A DNA stretch of 64,000 nt from Lama guanicoe (taxonomy: Eukaryota): positions 310,001 through 374,000 of the forward strand of contig MU056029.1 of NCBI GenBank assembly GCA_013239625.1, written 5' to 3'. Positions 1 through 13,243 of the stretch are shown here, one piece after another. Position 1 is the stretch's first letter; every line of letters begins with the position of its first letter. The notes beneath the pieces are model-generated. The model had not been told where the DNA came from, searched no databases, and worked only from the letters and a program-made list of their open reading frames with translations. Both the position numbers and the translations under genes were made by a program.

Positions 1-1496
1 TTTAGATGTGCCATTAGTACTGGGTGACAGGACATGCATTTCCCAGGGCTCTTTTGAGAATATCATGCAGTCCATCTCTGCAGTATGGTCTTCTTTTGAG
101 GTCAAACTTAGGGGCTTGCTACGTATTCTGATAAGCACCTATGGACAGTCTTCATCCCAGAGGGCAGCTGGCTGCCAGTGCTCTTTACCATGCTTATGCC
201 TCTGAAATGGCCTTGGTACCCATCCTCACAGAGCCACTTCCTGCATCATTCCATCTCCAAGAGAAGTTTCAGGGAGGAAAGATGCCTTTGAAAGACGGTA
301 TATTGTGAGTGCAGGAAAATCGGGAAGCTGGGGCACTTTGTACTCTCAGGTACTCAGGTAAATAGGCATCTAGTTCCCATACTTTGTGCTAAACCATTAA
401 TTTAATTTGGGAAACAGTAGAGTTGTGCCCCTTCCCAGGGAAATGCTCTTTATACGCGTTGCTCCGAGAACGGTGTGGGGGAGGGGCGGGTGGGGCGGCA
501 TCCCCTTCTGTCCTGGGCACTGCTGGCTGCTGGAGCCTCCCACTCCCTCCTCTCTCTCGCTCCTCTAACAGGACTCAGACGCTCCTCTGAGGACCCACTC
601 ACGCAGCCCAGGTGCTTGGAGGGGAGCTAACTTCTCTCCCAGCTCCAGCCCAGAGCCCATCGGGACATTCCCTGCTCGTTTCCAGTGACTGGTTCAAGGC
701 TTTCTGGCAACCCATGTGGGGACCCTTCCTGGGACGTGGAGAGGGGTGCCCCATCTCCCCTCTGCACGTGATGTGAACACATCTGGGACCGTTCCAGCCA
801 CGCCATCACCAAGAACAGAGCCAGCCCTGGGATCACGCTGACCCCAGAAAGCCGGGCCCAGGGAGAGAGGCAGCAAGCCCAGGTCTGAGCGGCGTGTTCA
901 GCTGCCCCGGACTCCCCCTCTCTGGTGTGGCAGACACGAGGCCTGCCTTCCCTTTCCACCTGACCGGAGGAGTCACAGGCACGGGTGACCAGCCACTCCT
1001 CCTGCGTGCTGTGCTCAGAAACTGCTTCGACCTCGGCTCCTGCTCCGGGACGGGAGCCCTAAGCAGGAGCACATCCTGCTAATGTCACGTCCCCAGGCTG
1101 AGCGAGCGGGCAACTCACGATTGGCCGAGTCCAGGAGAGGGTTCTGAAGGGAAAATGCCATGTAACTGCCTTGGACTTCTTAAAATAATCTTTTCTTTCT
1201 CTTTTTCTCTGTTCAGAGAGACAGAAATAATGACTCCCAAGACAATGGTTAAAGATACACACCTGAGAAGACCAGGCTCTTGGCAGCAAGGGTCTGGTGG
1301 GTGCTGACGCCTGGTACAGGGAGCTGTGGTGTAGCCCACGTCACTGTCACAGTGTCACGGTGTGCATGCCACCCAGCTGCTTCCTTCCCAGCGTCTACAA
1401 GGACCTGCCATGAAAAGGTGCTCTGTAGCACTCAGACCATATCCTCCTAGGTCACGTATTAACAACATCACACAACAGTGGCAACGGGACACGCTC

Positions 1497-2170
1497 TCTT
1501 TGCAAAGTGAAGGTTGTTTATTGCTCGTTATGAGTTTGACAGGCAAGACCCGAGACAGGGACCATCATACCTCCAGGTGACCTTTACCAAATGCCTGCAT
1601 GGAAATGGATGTTGGAATGAACGTGGCATGCATGTGTGTGTGCGTGTGCATGTTTTCCCGGAGTTCTCAGTTTTTCCTTCCTGGAGAAGCAGAGCCCCCA
1701 CCCTCCCGGTGGTGGGATGGAGAGAGAGAGGGTGGGGGATCTCTGCTGGGGCCCTGTGCTCGCGTGTCACCTCCCCTCACTCCCGACCACACCCGTCCGG
1801 GGTTCACTGCGCTCACACACATTTACACATGTTGAAGAAAACCAATCTGCTGCATTTTCTTATAAAATGAGATGAAAAAATAAACTTCAACACATCTTTT
1901 CATGTGTCACTCTTCTATAAACTTTTATATATGTTAAAGCTCTTCTTTTTCTTTTCAATATACTCTACTTAGAAATTTTAAAAAATAAACTTTCTTTTTG
2001 GGTACCTTTCACTTCCTGTGTTCGCCTTGGAAATATATAAAATACATCTTGCTAGAACTCTTTTGTGCAAATAATACAACATAAATAATATTAACATTTC
2101 TGTTATAAAAAAAGAGCATTTCGAGGTTTCCACTGCTGCCACCGTCAGCTACAGTCCCTGGAAGGTGCTT
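1497..2170 (-). other. ATP10A: ATP10A 3'UTR (end approximate) with AU-rich core ~1850-2115
   Basis: follows the stop codon; ends just past the AATAAA; contains UUAUUUAU (2081-2088). Confidence 0.7.
1517..1522 (-). terminator. polyadenylation signal AATAAA of ATP10A
   Basis: tttatt on plus; GU-rich downstream element (ctgttgtgtgatgttgtt on minus) at ~1461-1478. Confidence 0.75.
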
Positions 2171-2789
2171 CTAGAAGCAGTCTGTGGTCTGTCCACTCAA
2201 GCCCCGCAGGTCCTGGTCTGGCTGCGGGCGGCTGGCCAGGAACTCACCGTCCCGCTTGTCCATCTGTAAACCACTTCGGGAGAACTGGAGGACACTTCCC
2301 AGCCCGCTGACCAGCGAGAGGGAGGAAATCCAGCTGAGGGAGCTGAAGCTGGGGAGGCTGAAGATGGACGAGAGCGGGGCTGCCCTGCTGGTGCTGGTGG
2401 GCTTCCTCCTGGAGTACCCGGGACAGCCTTCCAGGACCACCTGCCCCCGCGAGGAGGCCCCCGGGGTCTGGCCGCTCAGCCCTTCCAGCAGGGTGTCCTC
2501 CCGCAGAGGCACGCCCATGTCCACCACACTGGGCTCCCCACTGGCCTCCGGGGAGCAGGCCGGCTGCTGCGCATGCCAGGACGCCTGCGAGCCGCAGTCC
2601 TGAGAGAAGGACCCCGAGGCTCTGAGGCTCCTCTGTTCTGATGGTTCAGTCCTCGGTTCTCCTGGAACATGTCCCTGAGCAAAGGTCCCTTTGGGAGCAC
2701 TGAGTTTCTCAGGAGACCTCTTGGCCAACTGGCGTGCCAGCTGAAGTTGGGTGGGGAACAGACTCCCCTGCAGGGCTTTGCAGAATAAC
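2171..2789 (-). CDS. ATP10A: ATP10A exon 21 coding part (619 nt), cytosolic C-tail ending SGQTTDCF*
   Basis: cag acceptor; open frame to TAG at 2173-2171. Confidence 0.92.
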
Positions 2790-2921
2790 CTGGAAAGAAC
2801 ACACAGAAAGGAGTCAGCTATTGCTCTGCTGGTGCCTTTGTGCTTCTGAGACTTGAATGGAGCAAGCAAAATGCTTTCAGAGCTTGCGAAGGGCCTGACG
2901 GACACTGCCCCCGATACCCAC

Positions 2922-3109
2922 CTGGGCAGCAGCGCGGCGACAGGCGCCATGAAACAAGTCAAGTAAAACACGGGGTCGCCCATCAGCGTCTGCATGGTCC
3001 AGTAGGGGTTGGATGGAGGGTAACAGGTCGCACAGGAAGCATTGTAAATCAAAGCCACGGTGAAAAATAAAAGGATGCTGAAGCCACAAGCGGTCCAGTT
3101 GAGCCAGGT
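2922..3109 (-). CDS. ATP10A: ATP10A exon 20 (188 nt) [16 protein letters not shown]...APVAALLPR
   Basis: cag/gtgggt boundaries; TM9-TM10. Confidence 0.95.
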
Positions 3110-3508
3110 CTGAGGGGTAAAAGAGAGAGACAGAGCTTTTATTTCAACAGAAGTGCACCGGTCCTCCATGGGAGGGTGGAGTAGAAACAGGACGGCTGGT
3201 GCGGTGGGGTGAAGCCCTCGGAACCTGTGGACTGGCCTGAATCCAGTTTGGGGAGATGGAAGGCAGGAGCGGGAGGGAAAGAGAGGGGAGGGGAGCCTGG
3301 TGGGGGTGGTGTGCAGGAGCCCAGGGCAAGTGTGGGCCACGGACCGGGCTGCTCCCACACCAACGGACTTATGGATCTTTTCTTGTTCTCATCTCATCAG
3401 GCCGGCTCCTGTCGCCTCAAAACCCGGCTAGACTACTGGGAATCTGCACTGAAGGAAGCGTGGGGCTCGCAGACCAGCCCGATTCTGGATCACGCCCCCA
3501 GGCCTTAC

Positions 3509-3613
3509 CCAGGTCTTGGTTTCGATGCCCAGGTGCAGGAGGAAGGTGAACAGTGCGATGGCAGTGATGGGGGTCCCCCAGGTAAACACGTCCGCGTCGG
3601 AGTCGTAGTAGGC
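3509..3613 (-). CDS. ATP10A: ATP10A exon 19 (105 nt) [35 protein letters not shown]
   Basis: cag/gtaagg boundaries; TM8. Confidence 0.95.
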
Positions 3614-3689
3614 CTGGAAGACAGCGTGTCAGGGTCTGTGGGTCGCTGGAGGCCCCCGCCGGGAAGGGCGGTGCCATGGGCCCACTTAC

Positions 3690-3770
3690 CAGGTAAGGGA
3701 TGAAGAAGCACACCAAGCTCTGGAAGGCGGCGTCAGCCATGTTCAGCCAGAACGTGCGAGGCCGGTATTC
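3690..3770 (-). CDS. ATP10A: ATP10A exon 18 (81 nt) [27 protein letters not shown]
   Basis: cag/gtaagt boundaries; TM7. Confidence 0.95.
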
Positions 3771-4196
3771 CTGGGGCACAGAAACAAGCACAGCAATGGC
3801 AGGGACGCCCCATCTCCCCCAGCGGCTCTCCAGGCTGCTACCGGCCGCCAAGGCACAAGCCAAGCGCCCCGTGAAACGCGCTAACTCGGGACTTTTGAAG
3901 AGTGAGGCCCCGGGGGGCTGGGGAGAGGAACACCACCTAGGGCCTGCAGAGGGCAGGCAACGGAGTCACTCCCCGAGCATCTGGACCCGCAGGACCCGCT
4001 GCTGCAGCACTAGGTCAACAGCAGAAAGATGACGACGCTTTCTAAATCCTGTGAGGGGCCGTTTCCCAGAGAGGGACTGGCGCCTGAAATTCCACCCCCT
4101 CCCCCAGTCTGAGTCCTTCCACTCCTGCTTTGTCAGGGCTTGGCCTCCCCTCTGACTGTTGGACCCCGTAGCATGTTTCTTAAAAGTGAGTTCTTT

Positions 4197-4586
4197 AAAG
4201 AGAAAAAAAAAATACCATATGATATCACTTACACATGGAATATTAAAAAAAAAAGACACAAATGAACTTACAAAACAGAGACAGACTCACAAACATAGAG
4301 AACAAACTTATGGTGAGCAGCGGGGGAAAGAGGGTAGGAAGGGATAAATTGGGAGTTCGAGATTTACAGATAGTAACTGCAGTATGTGAAACAGATAAAC
4401 AACAAGGTCCTACTGTACAGCACAGGGAACTATATTCATGTCTGCAGTAGTCTATAATGAAAAATATGAAAAGGAATATATGTATGTGTGTGAATGACTG
4501 AAACATTATGCTGTATGCCAGAAATTGACACAACATTGTAAATGACTATACTTCAATAAAAAAAGAATGCAAAAAAAAAATTAAAA
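4197..4586 (+). mobile_element. 5'-truncated L1 3' end
   Basis: L1 3'UTR (cacagggaactatattc...gactatacttcaataaa), A-tail, 15-bp TSD aaaagtgagttcttt (4182-4196 / 4587-4601). Confidence 0.85.
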
Positions 4587-5752
4587 AAAAGTGAGTTCTT
4601 TTAAAATTACATCATGGATGTTTTCCAATGTTCAAATCAAAAAGCTGCCTAGCAAGGGCAACAATGACCTTGAAATGGATGCATCACGTCCTCATCGTCT
4701 AGGTGCCCACGTCTGCACTCAACCCCGCTGCGCTCTGAGCTGCTGGTCCCGGCACTGGCCCGTGGGACACGCAGAGCGGACGGGAGGAGCATCCACTGGG
4801 CCCCTCGGAAAGCGCCAGCCAGGCCCTTCCCGCCGGCCACCTGACTCCCCAGGACACACCCCCGGCGGCTGCCCAGCAGGTGAGGCCTGGCTGAGGGCAG
4901 GGGTCCCCCCAGGTGGCAGGTGGCAAGCAGAGGCCCTCCTCATCTGCCTGACCTTCAGCAGCCCCCAGCCCAGGCCGCCTGCCTGGGTGGGAACCCGTCA
5001 TCACCAGAGGTGACGGGAAATCAACTCTTCAGTACATCAGCTCTGAATTAGAGACTGTCGTGGGGAACGTGGGGCCCTGTTTCCTTTGCACACATATAAT
5101 AACTCCAACCAGCCCAAGAGAAGCACTCAGACGGCTTCCTTTAATGGCTGGCTAGGAACAGCTGGCAATTAGCCCGTCAATCTACGCTGTGTATTGATGT
5201 AAACATGCATTACATCATCTGTTTGTATTCATTTGTTCTTTCCAGGGTTTCCCCGTGGGTCGGTCTCCTCATTAATCCCCATTCAAAGTAAAGCACATTT
5301 CTTTTGGGGGTGTTTTAGGAAAATCTGTCCTCCCCATGTGACCTTGACTTAGATTCCAAATGGGCTTTTCTTGGGTTCCTGGAGACTCGTGGTGTGAAGA
5401 CAGTTTTCACCACACTCTGCTTTTTTATTTTTTTAATCTTCCTCTTTTTTTTACGCTTTATTTAGGTAAGTTGATCTACAAAAACTGCACATTTTTAATG
5501 TACACATTTCGATGGGTTTGGGCACGTGCGTGCGCCCGATACCATCACTACATCACCGGCCTCACTCTACTTAACGCGCTGCAGTCAGGTAGACGGAGTT
5601 CACTGTTTACCTCCCACGGGTCAGATACTAGGATTTTAACAGTTTGTCCCAGGGTGTCCATTCAAAGGGAGGCATGGGGACCTGCACTTTGTAGCAGGTG
5701 GGCGTGGAGAGCGAGGGGACCAGGAGACAGGAGGCAGGGTGGGGGTCCTCAC

Positions 5753-5953
5753 CTCCCTGTTCTGGCCGCTCGTGTAGAGCTGCGGCTCGGTCAGCAGCAC
5801 GTCAGCCGGCACGTCCTTGTCCAGCACCCCAGTCACGAGCTGGGGGAGCGAGGAGAAGAGCAGGTTAAAGAAGATCAGGTACCACTGGTCGATCATGGCG
5901 GACGCGGAGAAGCCACAGTAAAACTGGAACCAGAACAGGAGGCCCACGAACAT
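5753..5953 (-). CDS. ATP10A: ATP10A exon 17 (201 nt) [16 protein letters not shown]...[11 protein letters not shown]
   Basis: cag/gtgagg boundaries; TM5-TM6. Confidence 0.96.
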
Positions 5954-6677
5954 CTGTAGTCAGGAAGAGTGGGAACCGGCAATGCTCAGCTGCCCCGCAG
6001 ACTCTCGCCCAGGGGAGGCAAGGGGTCTGCAGGGTCTGACTGTAAAGGCTGAATTTATAGGTAGATATTTCCTACCAAGACAGCCCTTACCTTGGAGCCC
6101 TCTGACTCCCCGCTTCCTCCTCCTCCCTGCTCCCACCTGGATCCCTTAAGCAGGAAGAACCGACGTTAGCTGGGAGTTCCCACAGATGGCCCTTGGAGGA
6201 ACCAGGTCTTGTGCCCAAAGGACCACAGATCGTAACAGAAAACAAAATACAAGTCTGGCAGGGTCTAGGGTGGCTCATATTCCAAAAAGGCCGGCTCGGT
6301 AAGTCACACATCACCAGGCTTCTTTCCAGGTGCCCCTCTCTGTGACACCAAACCAAACCTACCCAGGTTATACCCTGGATCTCGCCCTTCTTTTTGATGG
6401 GGAACAGTGTGCAATTACTGACTCGCATGGAGGCAAGGACTCACATAAGCACGGTGGTAAAGGCAGTGAAGACACCAACACCAATGCCTTGACTGAGCCC
6501 TGGTACCCACCCAGCACTCTGGGCAGGGAGCTACAGGCATTATCACTGGTCCCTACGGCTATCCCAAACAGGAAAGGTTCAGGGAGGTGGAAGGGCCTCC
6601 TCCCATGCTTAGTAGGAGGAGCTGGGGAGACCTCTTCACACTGTTAGTTGATCAATGGATGTCCGTGGCCTGAATGC

Positions 6678-6773
6678 TTTTTTCTTTTTTTTTTTAATGG
6701 ACATATTGGGGATTGAACCCATGACCTCATGCATGCTGAGCACGTGCTCTACCACTGAGCTACATCCTCCCCC
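6678..6773 (-). mobile_element. tRNA-Ala-derived SINE (vic-1-like)
   Basis: A-box tagctcagtgg, AGC anticodon arm, B-box ggttcaatcc, A-tail. Confidence 0.85.
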
Positions 6774-9252
6774 ATGACTGTATTTCTGTGATGGGCATGG
6801 GAGGCAACTGCAAAGCATTCCGACATTTATTAGCAGTGCAACCCGGCTCAGACCATTTAGCCCCTCTGGCCTCAGTGTTCCTGTCCATGAAATGGGCACA
6901 CACGTGGTACCTAGGTGTGGGGCTGTCATGAGGACTGATGACTGATGCACCTTCAAGAACCCACAGGAGTCCCCTGCACACTGTAGATGCTCATCCTTGG
7001 TTTGTGGTTGTTTCTGTTGGCAGGAGGGCTGTTTTCTTTGTTTGAGGCCCAAGCAGGGCCAGCGTGCTTATGACCTCATTTAGAGGAAAGGAAACTGAGG
7101 GCCACGATGTCAGATGACTGGACTACGGTCACCGCATGAGTAATAAACCCAGTGTGTGCAATCACCCGATGATCTTGGCCTGGAGGAGCCACGGAGGGAG
7201 AACGTTCTCTGCTGGGTGCTGCAGACAGTGGCCTGGGTGTGGCTTGTGGAGCTGCCACCGTCCACACTTCCAACCTGGACACAATCACTTAACCTCCCTG
7301 AGCTCTGGTTTCTTGACCTGAACGTGGCTCATTCCCAAGATCAGAAAAAAATGACAATCTACATGGACATCACCTCCAAAAGAGACACAGATCTTCTAGG
7401 ACCTGTTTCAATCTGTGACTTACTGCGACTTCCCCCTCCCACCCTGAAAACCGACAAACTCGGGTTTTCATTGACTTTCTTCCCTTTCTCACTCCCACAC
7501 CTGGTTTTCTCTTGCCTACCTCCACGGGTACAGCCTAATGAGTCATCAGTGAGCAAGTGAAGTCAGACAAAGAGGAAAATCACTTGGATAATTGAGATTT
7601 TTTCCCCCTGTAGTATCAAAAAAACTTTCTCCCCAAACCACTGTTGCTATGGAAACTTTTCTTCTCTGCTCCTTACTGGAAAGGAAGGCCAACTCACTCC
7701 TAAAGCTAATGAATTTCTCACTTTGGGAGGCAGAGTGATTATCCTGGAACTTCTCAAGTAGATTAAGTGCTTGTTAACAGAGGCCGTGCAACTTACATAG
7801 AACAAAAAGCAGGCACCCTCTTCACCTGAATGTCCCTGTCCCCTCCCTGGGGACAAATTCACGGTGGCAGGCAGGAGGCTGTGGCCATTCTGGGCCCCAT
7901 TTGCAACTGAAATGTTTAATGCCTTCCCCTCAGTCTGAGACATTTTCATTAGGAATTACGGAGAGCTGGTTTCAGACAAAGAAGACAAAGTCCATAAAAA
8001 GGCAAATAACTTGCTCCAGATGGCACTGCTAATGAACGTCAGAAGCAGGGCTGGGAGGCTGCTCTGCCCGCGCCACTCACCTTGACTCAAAGCACCCACC
8101 CTCCGGGAGCTGGTACCTTCTAGGTCTGCAGCTGTGTGCCCGGGGCCTCAGTGCTGGGCAGGCAGAGCCAGGCAGTCAGGAGAAAGGGGACTGGACTGGC
8201 AAGGATAGGGACAGTGAGGCACAGCCATGCGTGGGTCCAGTCCCAGGCGGAACCAAACCTAAGTTAATTCCCAGGACTCAACCTACAAAATTAGACGTGC
8301 CCTGATTGTCCAGAGTATCTGTGTTAATTTTCTAGAAGATATTTCAAACAATGAGTGAGAGTGAGGGGGCTGGGGAGCGGACGGGAAAAGAAAGGTAGGT
8401 CTCAGCCTTCAGAACAAACAATTAAGAATATGAAACAAGAGCTGCGCTGATGGTGGTTCAGAGCGAACACGGAGATTCTAGAATGGAATTTGAAAAAAAA
8501 CAAATAAATAAGGCTTTTATTGTTTTTTGTTTCAGGAGGGTACAGGACGATCTTGACTTTGGAGCTGTGTGTCCAACGGGCTAGATTTACGGGACTACTC
8601 TGTAAGGTCAGTTAGCCCAAGAGTGAGTTCATTTCTTGTCTCCTTGTCTGCATATTCAATTGCAAGCTCTGAGAGGCAAGAGTGACAAGGAGCAATCCGG
8701 CAACTTCTCAGTTGAATGTCTATACCTCACTCACAGGCAGGCCAGGGTTCTGAGATGGCCAAATTGTCCATCCCGGAAGGCTATGAAAAAAGACGGCTGT
8801 CTGCCAAGAACACAGTAACGAAGGGACGAAGAATTAAATGTTAGGGGCAACACGAAATGGACCCAGGCCCTGGATCAGAGTCCCTGGAGAGACAGAACCG
8901 ACCTCAGCTGGCCAGGCCTGGGTATGCCCTAACTGAAGGTCAACTCCGGGCTGATCTGGCAGAGGGGGCGTCTGCCCCGCCCAGCCCAGGAGAGGCGGGG
9001 GCCGGCCTGCTAGCGGCCCCTTCCAGCTGGCCCAGGGTGAGTGTATCTCAACAGACCACTCGGTGTCAGGATCACAGCCTCAGTCCTTTCATTCTGACCC
9101 AGAACTGCCGATCACGCCCCTGCTTATTACCACGATTCCCTGCCTGCTCTAGACAGACCACCGACGAGAGCCCATCCCTGACACACAGTGACAGAGCGGT
9201 CACGTGCTTGGGAGCTGGAATCAGATGGATGGGGACTGAACGCAGTGAAACA

Positions 9253-9322
9253 TGCATGCGAAAACCAACGGTGACTGCAAAATTCCTGAAAACTTATCAA
9301 TAGAGTATGAGCATCTCCAGCT
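9253..9322 (-). mobile_element. MER63-like hAT DNA transposon fragment
   Basis: ttttcaggaattttgc motif; homologous to 26868-26955; family name from memory. Confidence 0.55.
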
Positions 9323-9621
9323 GATGACCTTGTGCAAACCCCTGGACCACATGGTCACTCTACTTCCTATTGTAAAGCCCTAAGTGGATGTTCCCCGTGG
9401 GTCTGCCTGTTTCCACGACCTTCTCCCTCAGAGGTGCGGATGAGTTAAGACTTCTGAGCCTGCAGGGTGCAAGGCCAGGCCTGGGGGAAATCCACCAAGG
9501 CCAAGGAAGGTGGAGCCAATGGGAGGCTGTGGGATGGCCCGCTGGCCAAGGTCAGGTGATGGTCCTGTGAACCTCAGGCCTTTCATATCAAAAATTCTTG
9601 ATCGTGGCATCAAATACTTAC

Positions 9622-9747
9622 TGTGTTTTTGTAGAAGAAATACAGCACCATGTTGGCAAGTCGGGAATAGCACCAGTGTCCGTGAACGATCAGGAGTCTC
9701 TCCAGGTACCGGAATCTGGGCACCGCAAAGTCGCTGGCCATCACTGC
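9622..9747 (-). CDS. ATP10A: ATP10A exon 16 (126 nt) [42 protein letters not shown]
   Basis: aag acceptor (less common), gtaagt donor; FFYKN TM5 motif. Confidence 0.95.
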
Positions 9748-10740
9748 CTTGAAAAGGAGAGAGTTCCCGTTATGGTGCCAACCTCACTCCGCCTAAGGTC
9801 TGTCCTCTCCCCTCCACCAAGCCGAGGCGCCAGGTGGATGGAGAAGTTCAGTCTGAACACACGTGCCTGGCCAAGGCTGGCTGTACCACGGTCTCCCTTA
9901 TGCAAGTCCAATCTCAACCATGCTCAGGTTCCAGGATGTCACTCTCCAGGGCTCACTGAAGGTTTCAAATATATGTAACTGATGGATTTTTAAAGTTTCT
10001 ACGTTTTCTTTTCCATGTTATTTTTTTTAAACAAGCTAACAAAAAATACAGAGATGTGTGAAGTTTCCCTGCTTTTCCCATCCTCCGATGTTTTATTTGT
10101 TCATCTAAATCATGTTAGAATCTCGACCCAAAGGTGAACCAAAGCCACCCTTTACGTAGGCCTCAGATAGAGGGACAGCTGTCCTGGGAGTCGGTAATGG
10201 GTCGTTCTTCCCAAGAGCTACAGGTGATGAGCAAGGCCAGGCCCGTGGCTCCTCTGGCCTCCAGGTAGCCTGTCCCAGGATGGCACGGCAGGGCCCTGGA
10301 CGTCGACAGGAAGGAGGTGGGAGGCAGGCTTCCTCTACCAACAGGAAAGATACCAGGGGCGGACACATCCCCGTACTTCACCGAGCATCCTGCTTGACAC
10401 AGTTAAACTAATTGGGCCAGACAAACGCTATCAACGTGACACTTTTGTGCCCAAAATAACTCAAAACACATCATATAATGAGTTTCTTTATTTGGGGGAA
10501 AAGAAAAATCAGAGAAAATGTCACTGAATAGAATACATTTCTACTTATCTTTGGAGCTTAGTCCACCCCAAAATGTAAGTCTGCTTTTAAAACTGACCTG
10601 ACTTGCTTATACTTAAATAACACCTGGAAAAAAAGATCAGCCTCGAGGTTGTCCTGCCCGTGAACCAGCGTAACATCAGGATGCAGGACAGAAACGTCTG
10701 AAGCCTCCAGATGGCTTTATTTTATTAAAAGGAATTTTTT

Positions 10741-10912
10741 AATATAATATATACATTTATATTTTATTGAAGTAGAGTCAGTTCACAATGTTGTGTTACT
10801 TTTATTATTATTATTATTATTATAGGTTGCTAAGATATTGAATGTAGCTCCTCGTGCTGTGCAGAAGAAACTTGCTGTTTCTCTATTTTATATACAGTAG
10901 TGTAGTATCTGC
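10741..10912 (-). mobile_element. L1 3' end fragment with (tta)n
   Basis: ttttattgaagtagagtcagttcacaatg; same family as 4197-4586. Confidence 0.7.
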
Positions 10913-11104
10913 AAAGCTTTACAGGCCGAAGTTGCCAGGCTTAGCTGAGAAGCAGGCTTAGCAGAGCCTGGCCAGAGTTCAGTGACGGAGAGAAAAGTCT
11001 TCACTTAGGATGGCTGTGCTCCATTTTAAATTATTTTATTCCCGTTTCACAGCCTTAGTCCTAAGAGATGTCCATGACCCTTAAATGCACTCTGCAGCTT
11101 TGAA

Positions 11105-11199
11105 TTTATTTTTTATTTAAATTTTTCAAAAAAAATTTGGGGTGGGAGGAGATCATTAGGTTTTATTTATTTATTTTATTTCAGTGGAGGTACTGGGGA
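11105..11199 (-). mobile_element. 5'-truncated vic-1-like SINE
   Basis: SINE 3' part (ggaggtactgggga plus tail) only. Confidence 0.7.
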
Positions 11200-12987
11200 A
11201 ATGCAAGGTGTCTGCTTTCTGAACCCAAACGTAAGAATCTGAAAGCCAATAGTGTCTTTATGCCTTTTCACATCCACATACAGGCATCTCAAGGGTTTTG
11301 TGCATCCTTCATCCTTTCATTCATTCCATTATTCCTTTTCTCAAAAGTCACATATTAAGACCCTCCAGTTGCCAGGCACAGACTGGGAGGCACAGACACT
11401 GTCATACAGGGTCCCTGTTCTCAGTGGAGTCAGTCTAAAAACTCTAAGGGATGTGGTTAGTATGAAGTTAAGGAGAGCCCAAGACGCAGGCGTCCACACT
11501 GCACTGGAGAAGCAGCCTGGACCCCTGAGAGCTGCAGACAGACCCCTCCTTCCAGGCCCCACCTGCCTCTCCAGCCTTCGGCCACAACGTCCCACCTCCA
11601 CACTTGGACTCCTCTGCCAAAGCGGCCTCCCCAGGGCTCCCAGCCAGGTCAGAGCCTCCGGTCACACCCTCAACGGAGACACCCGTGTTTCTTTCACAGC
11701 ACTCACTGCCATTATGACCACTGGTGTAAGCTTAAAATACTATCTGCCTTCCCATTTTGGCTTTTCTGAGCCTTCCATGAGAGCCAGGATAGTAGATGTG
11801 GTCATTGCTGCCCTGGTTCCCAGTCAGCGCTTGGGCCTGTGGGGCACTCAGTGAACGTGGTGGACCAGATGACTCCACGAAGCCAGGGCCTCTCAGAGAC
11901 ACAGAATCTCCCTGGTCCCGTCTCCCTGCCTGGGACACGTTTCCCACCTTGGCTGAGCTGGGCAGTTCCCAGCGACCTCACCCTTCCTCAGTGACTCAGC
12001 TGGGATTCCTCGGGCCCCTGCTGCCACAGCTTCCCACCCAGCGCGTCTCCCAGAGGCCTTAGCACATCTCTTTGCTTATCAGACTAAGATGCAGGCAGGG
12101 CTGTCATCCCCCAGGGTGACCTGTGCACTTACAACAGTAAGAAAAGATACCAAGCTTTATCACCCTCTTACATAATAATGCACCCTCAGTGAGGAAGTGT
12201 AGCTTTAAATAAACACAGACGCATCCAGTAAGACCCCACCCAGAAGTCACGGCCACCCAAAGCCTCGCAATACGAGCCCTAAGCTCAGCCGTCCCCTCCA
12301 ACTCCTGCCTCAAGGACAAGCAGCAGGGGCGGCTCAGCCCACCCCCCTCACATGCTTAGGCTTAGAGTCTGGACACAAAGTGCCTTCACTCGGTGGATTT
12401 CTCTGCATGTGCGCTTGGTGGGCACTGCCCTGGGTAGCTTTTCACTCTAGCACAAAGGAGGCGATGCTGGTGACATCAGAATGAATTAACTATTTTGCCC
12501 ATTCATTCAACAGATGCTTTCTGAGCTCCCCCATGAGCACAGCGCTGTGAGGAGGCAGGGAGACTCCAGCCTGCACTCCATTTTTAATTTTGTGGAGGAA
12601 CAAAAAACATACAAGTAACATCACACAAGTCAGAGGAGGGCAAGAGGAGGGTATGAAGGTGCTGAGGGTGAGGACGGGCCCGAGATGGAACGACTGTGCT
12701 CCTGGCTCAGGGCTTCCCAGCTTCTTGCCATTTCAGGGCCAAGATGAAAACCCCTGAGCCAGCCAGGCCTGGCGCACAGGAGGGCTCAGTAGGTAATGAC
12801 CGACTGGATGCATCGATGAACAGATCAACCAGTGACTAAACAGTGATCAACACCCTGATTTTTACAAGAAGATGATTGGATAGGTTGTACCCTGAAGTCT
12901 CCACCAGGTTAAAAAAAATACTGAGATTCAATGTTAATAAAACGTGGGAAAAATGCTGTGATGCTATGGCCAAAAGAAGTCCATTTT

Positions 12988-13117
12988 GGTGGGGGAGGGT
13001 CCAGCTCAGAGGTAGAGCACGTGCTTAGCATGTATGAGATCCTGGCTTCAATCCCCAGAATCTCCATTAAAAATTAAATAAATGAACTTAATTACCACTA
13101 CCCCCCAAAAAAACAAC
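12988..13117 (+). mobile_element. tRNA-Ala-derived SINE (vic-1-like)
   Basis: full body and tail; 16-bp TSD aaaagaagtccatttt (12972-12987 / 13118-13133). Confidence 0.9.
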
Positions 13118-13243
13118 AAAAGAAGTCCATTTTTCACTGACTCATTTGTTCACTGTCTGGATCGCATGTCAAGAACTAACACGATGACAGATGAAAAAGG
13201 CAGAGATGCGTTGTCACATGAGCCAAGACGGCCACACTCCACT

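Noticed and set aside
1875..1990. Plus-strand AATAAA motifs as the 3' end of an antisense gene
   Set aside because: They sit in the AT-rich 3'UTR of ATP10A; no plus-strand exons are evident
2171..3358. 395-aa ORF as an independent single-exon gene
   Set aside because: It is part of intron 19, exon 20, intron 20 and exon 21 in one frame, with a non-ATG start
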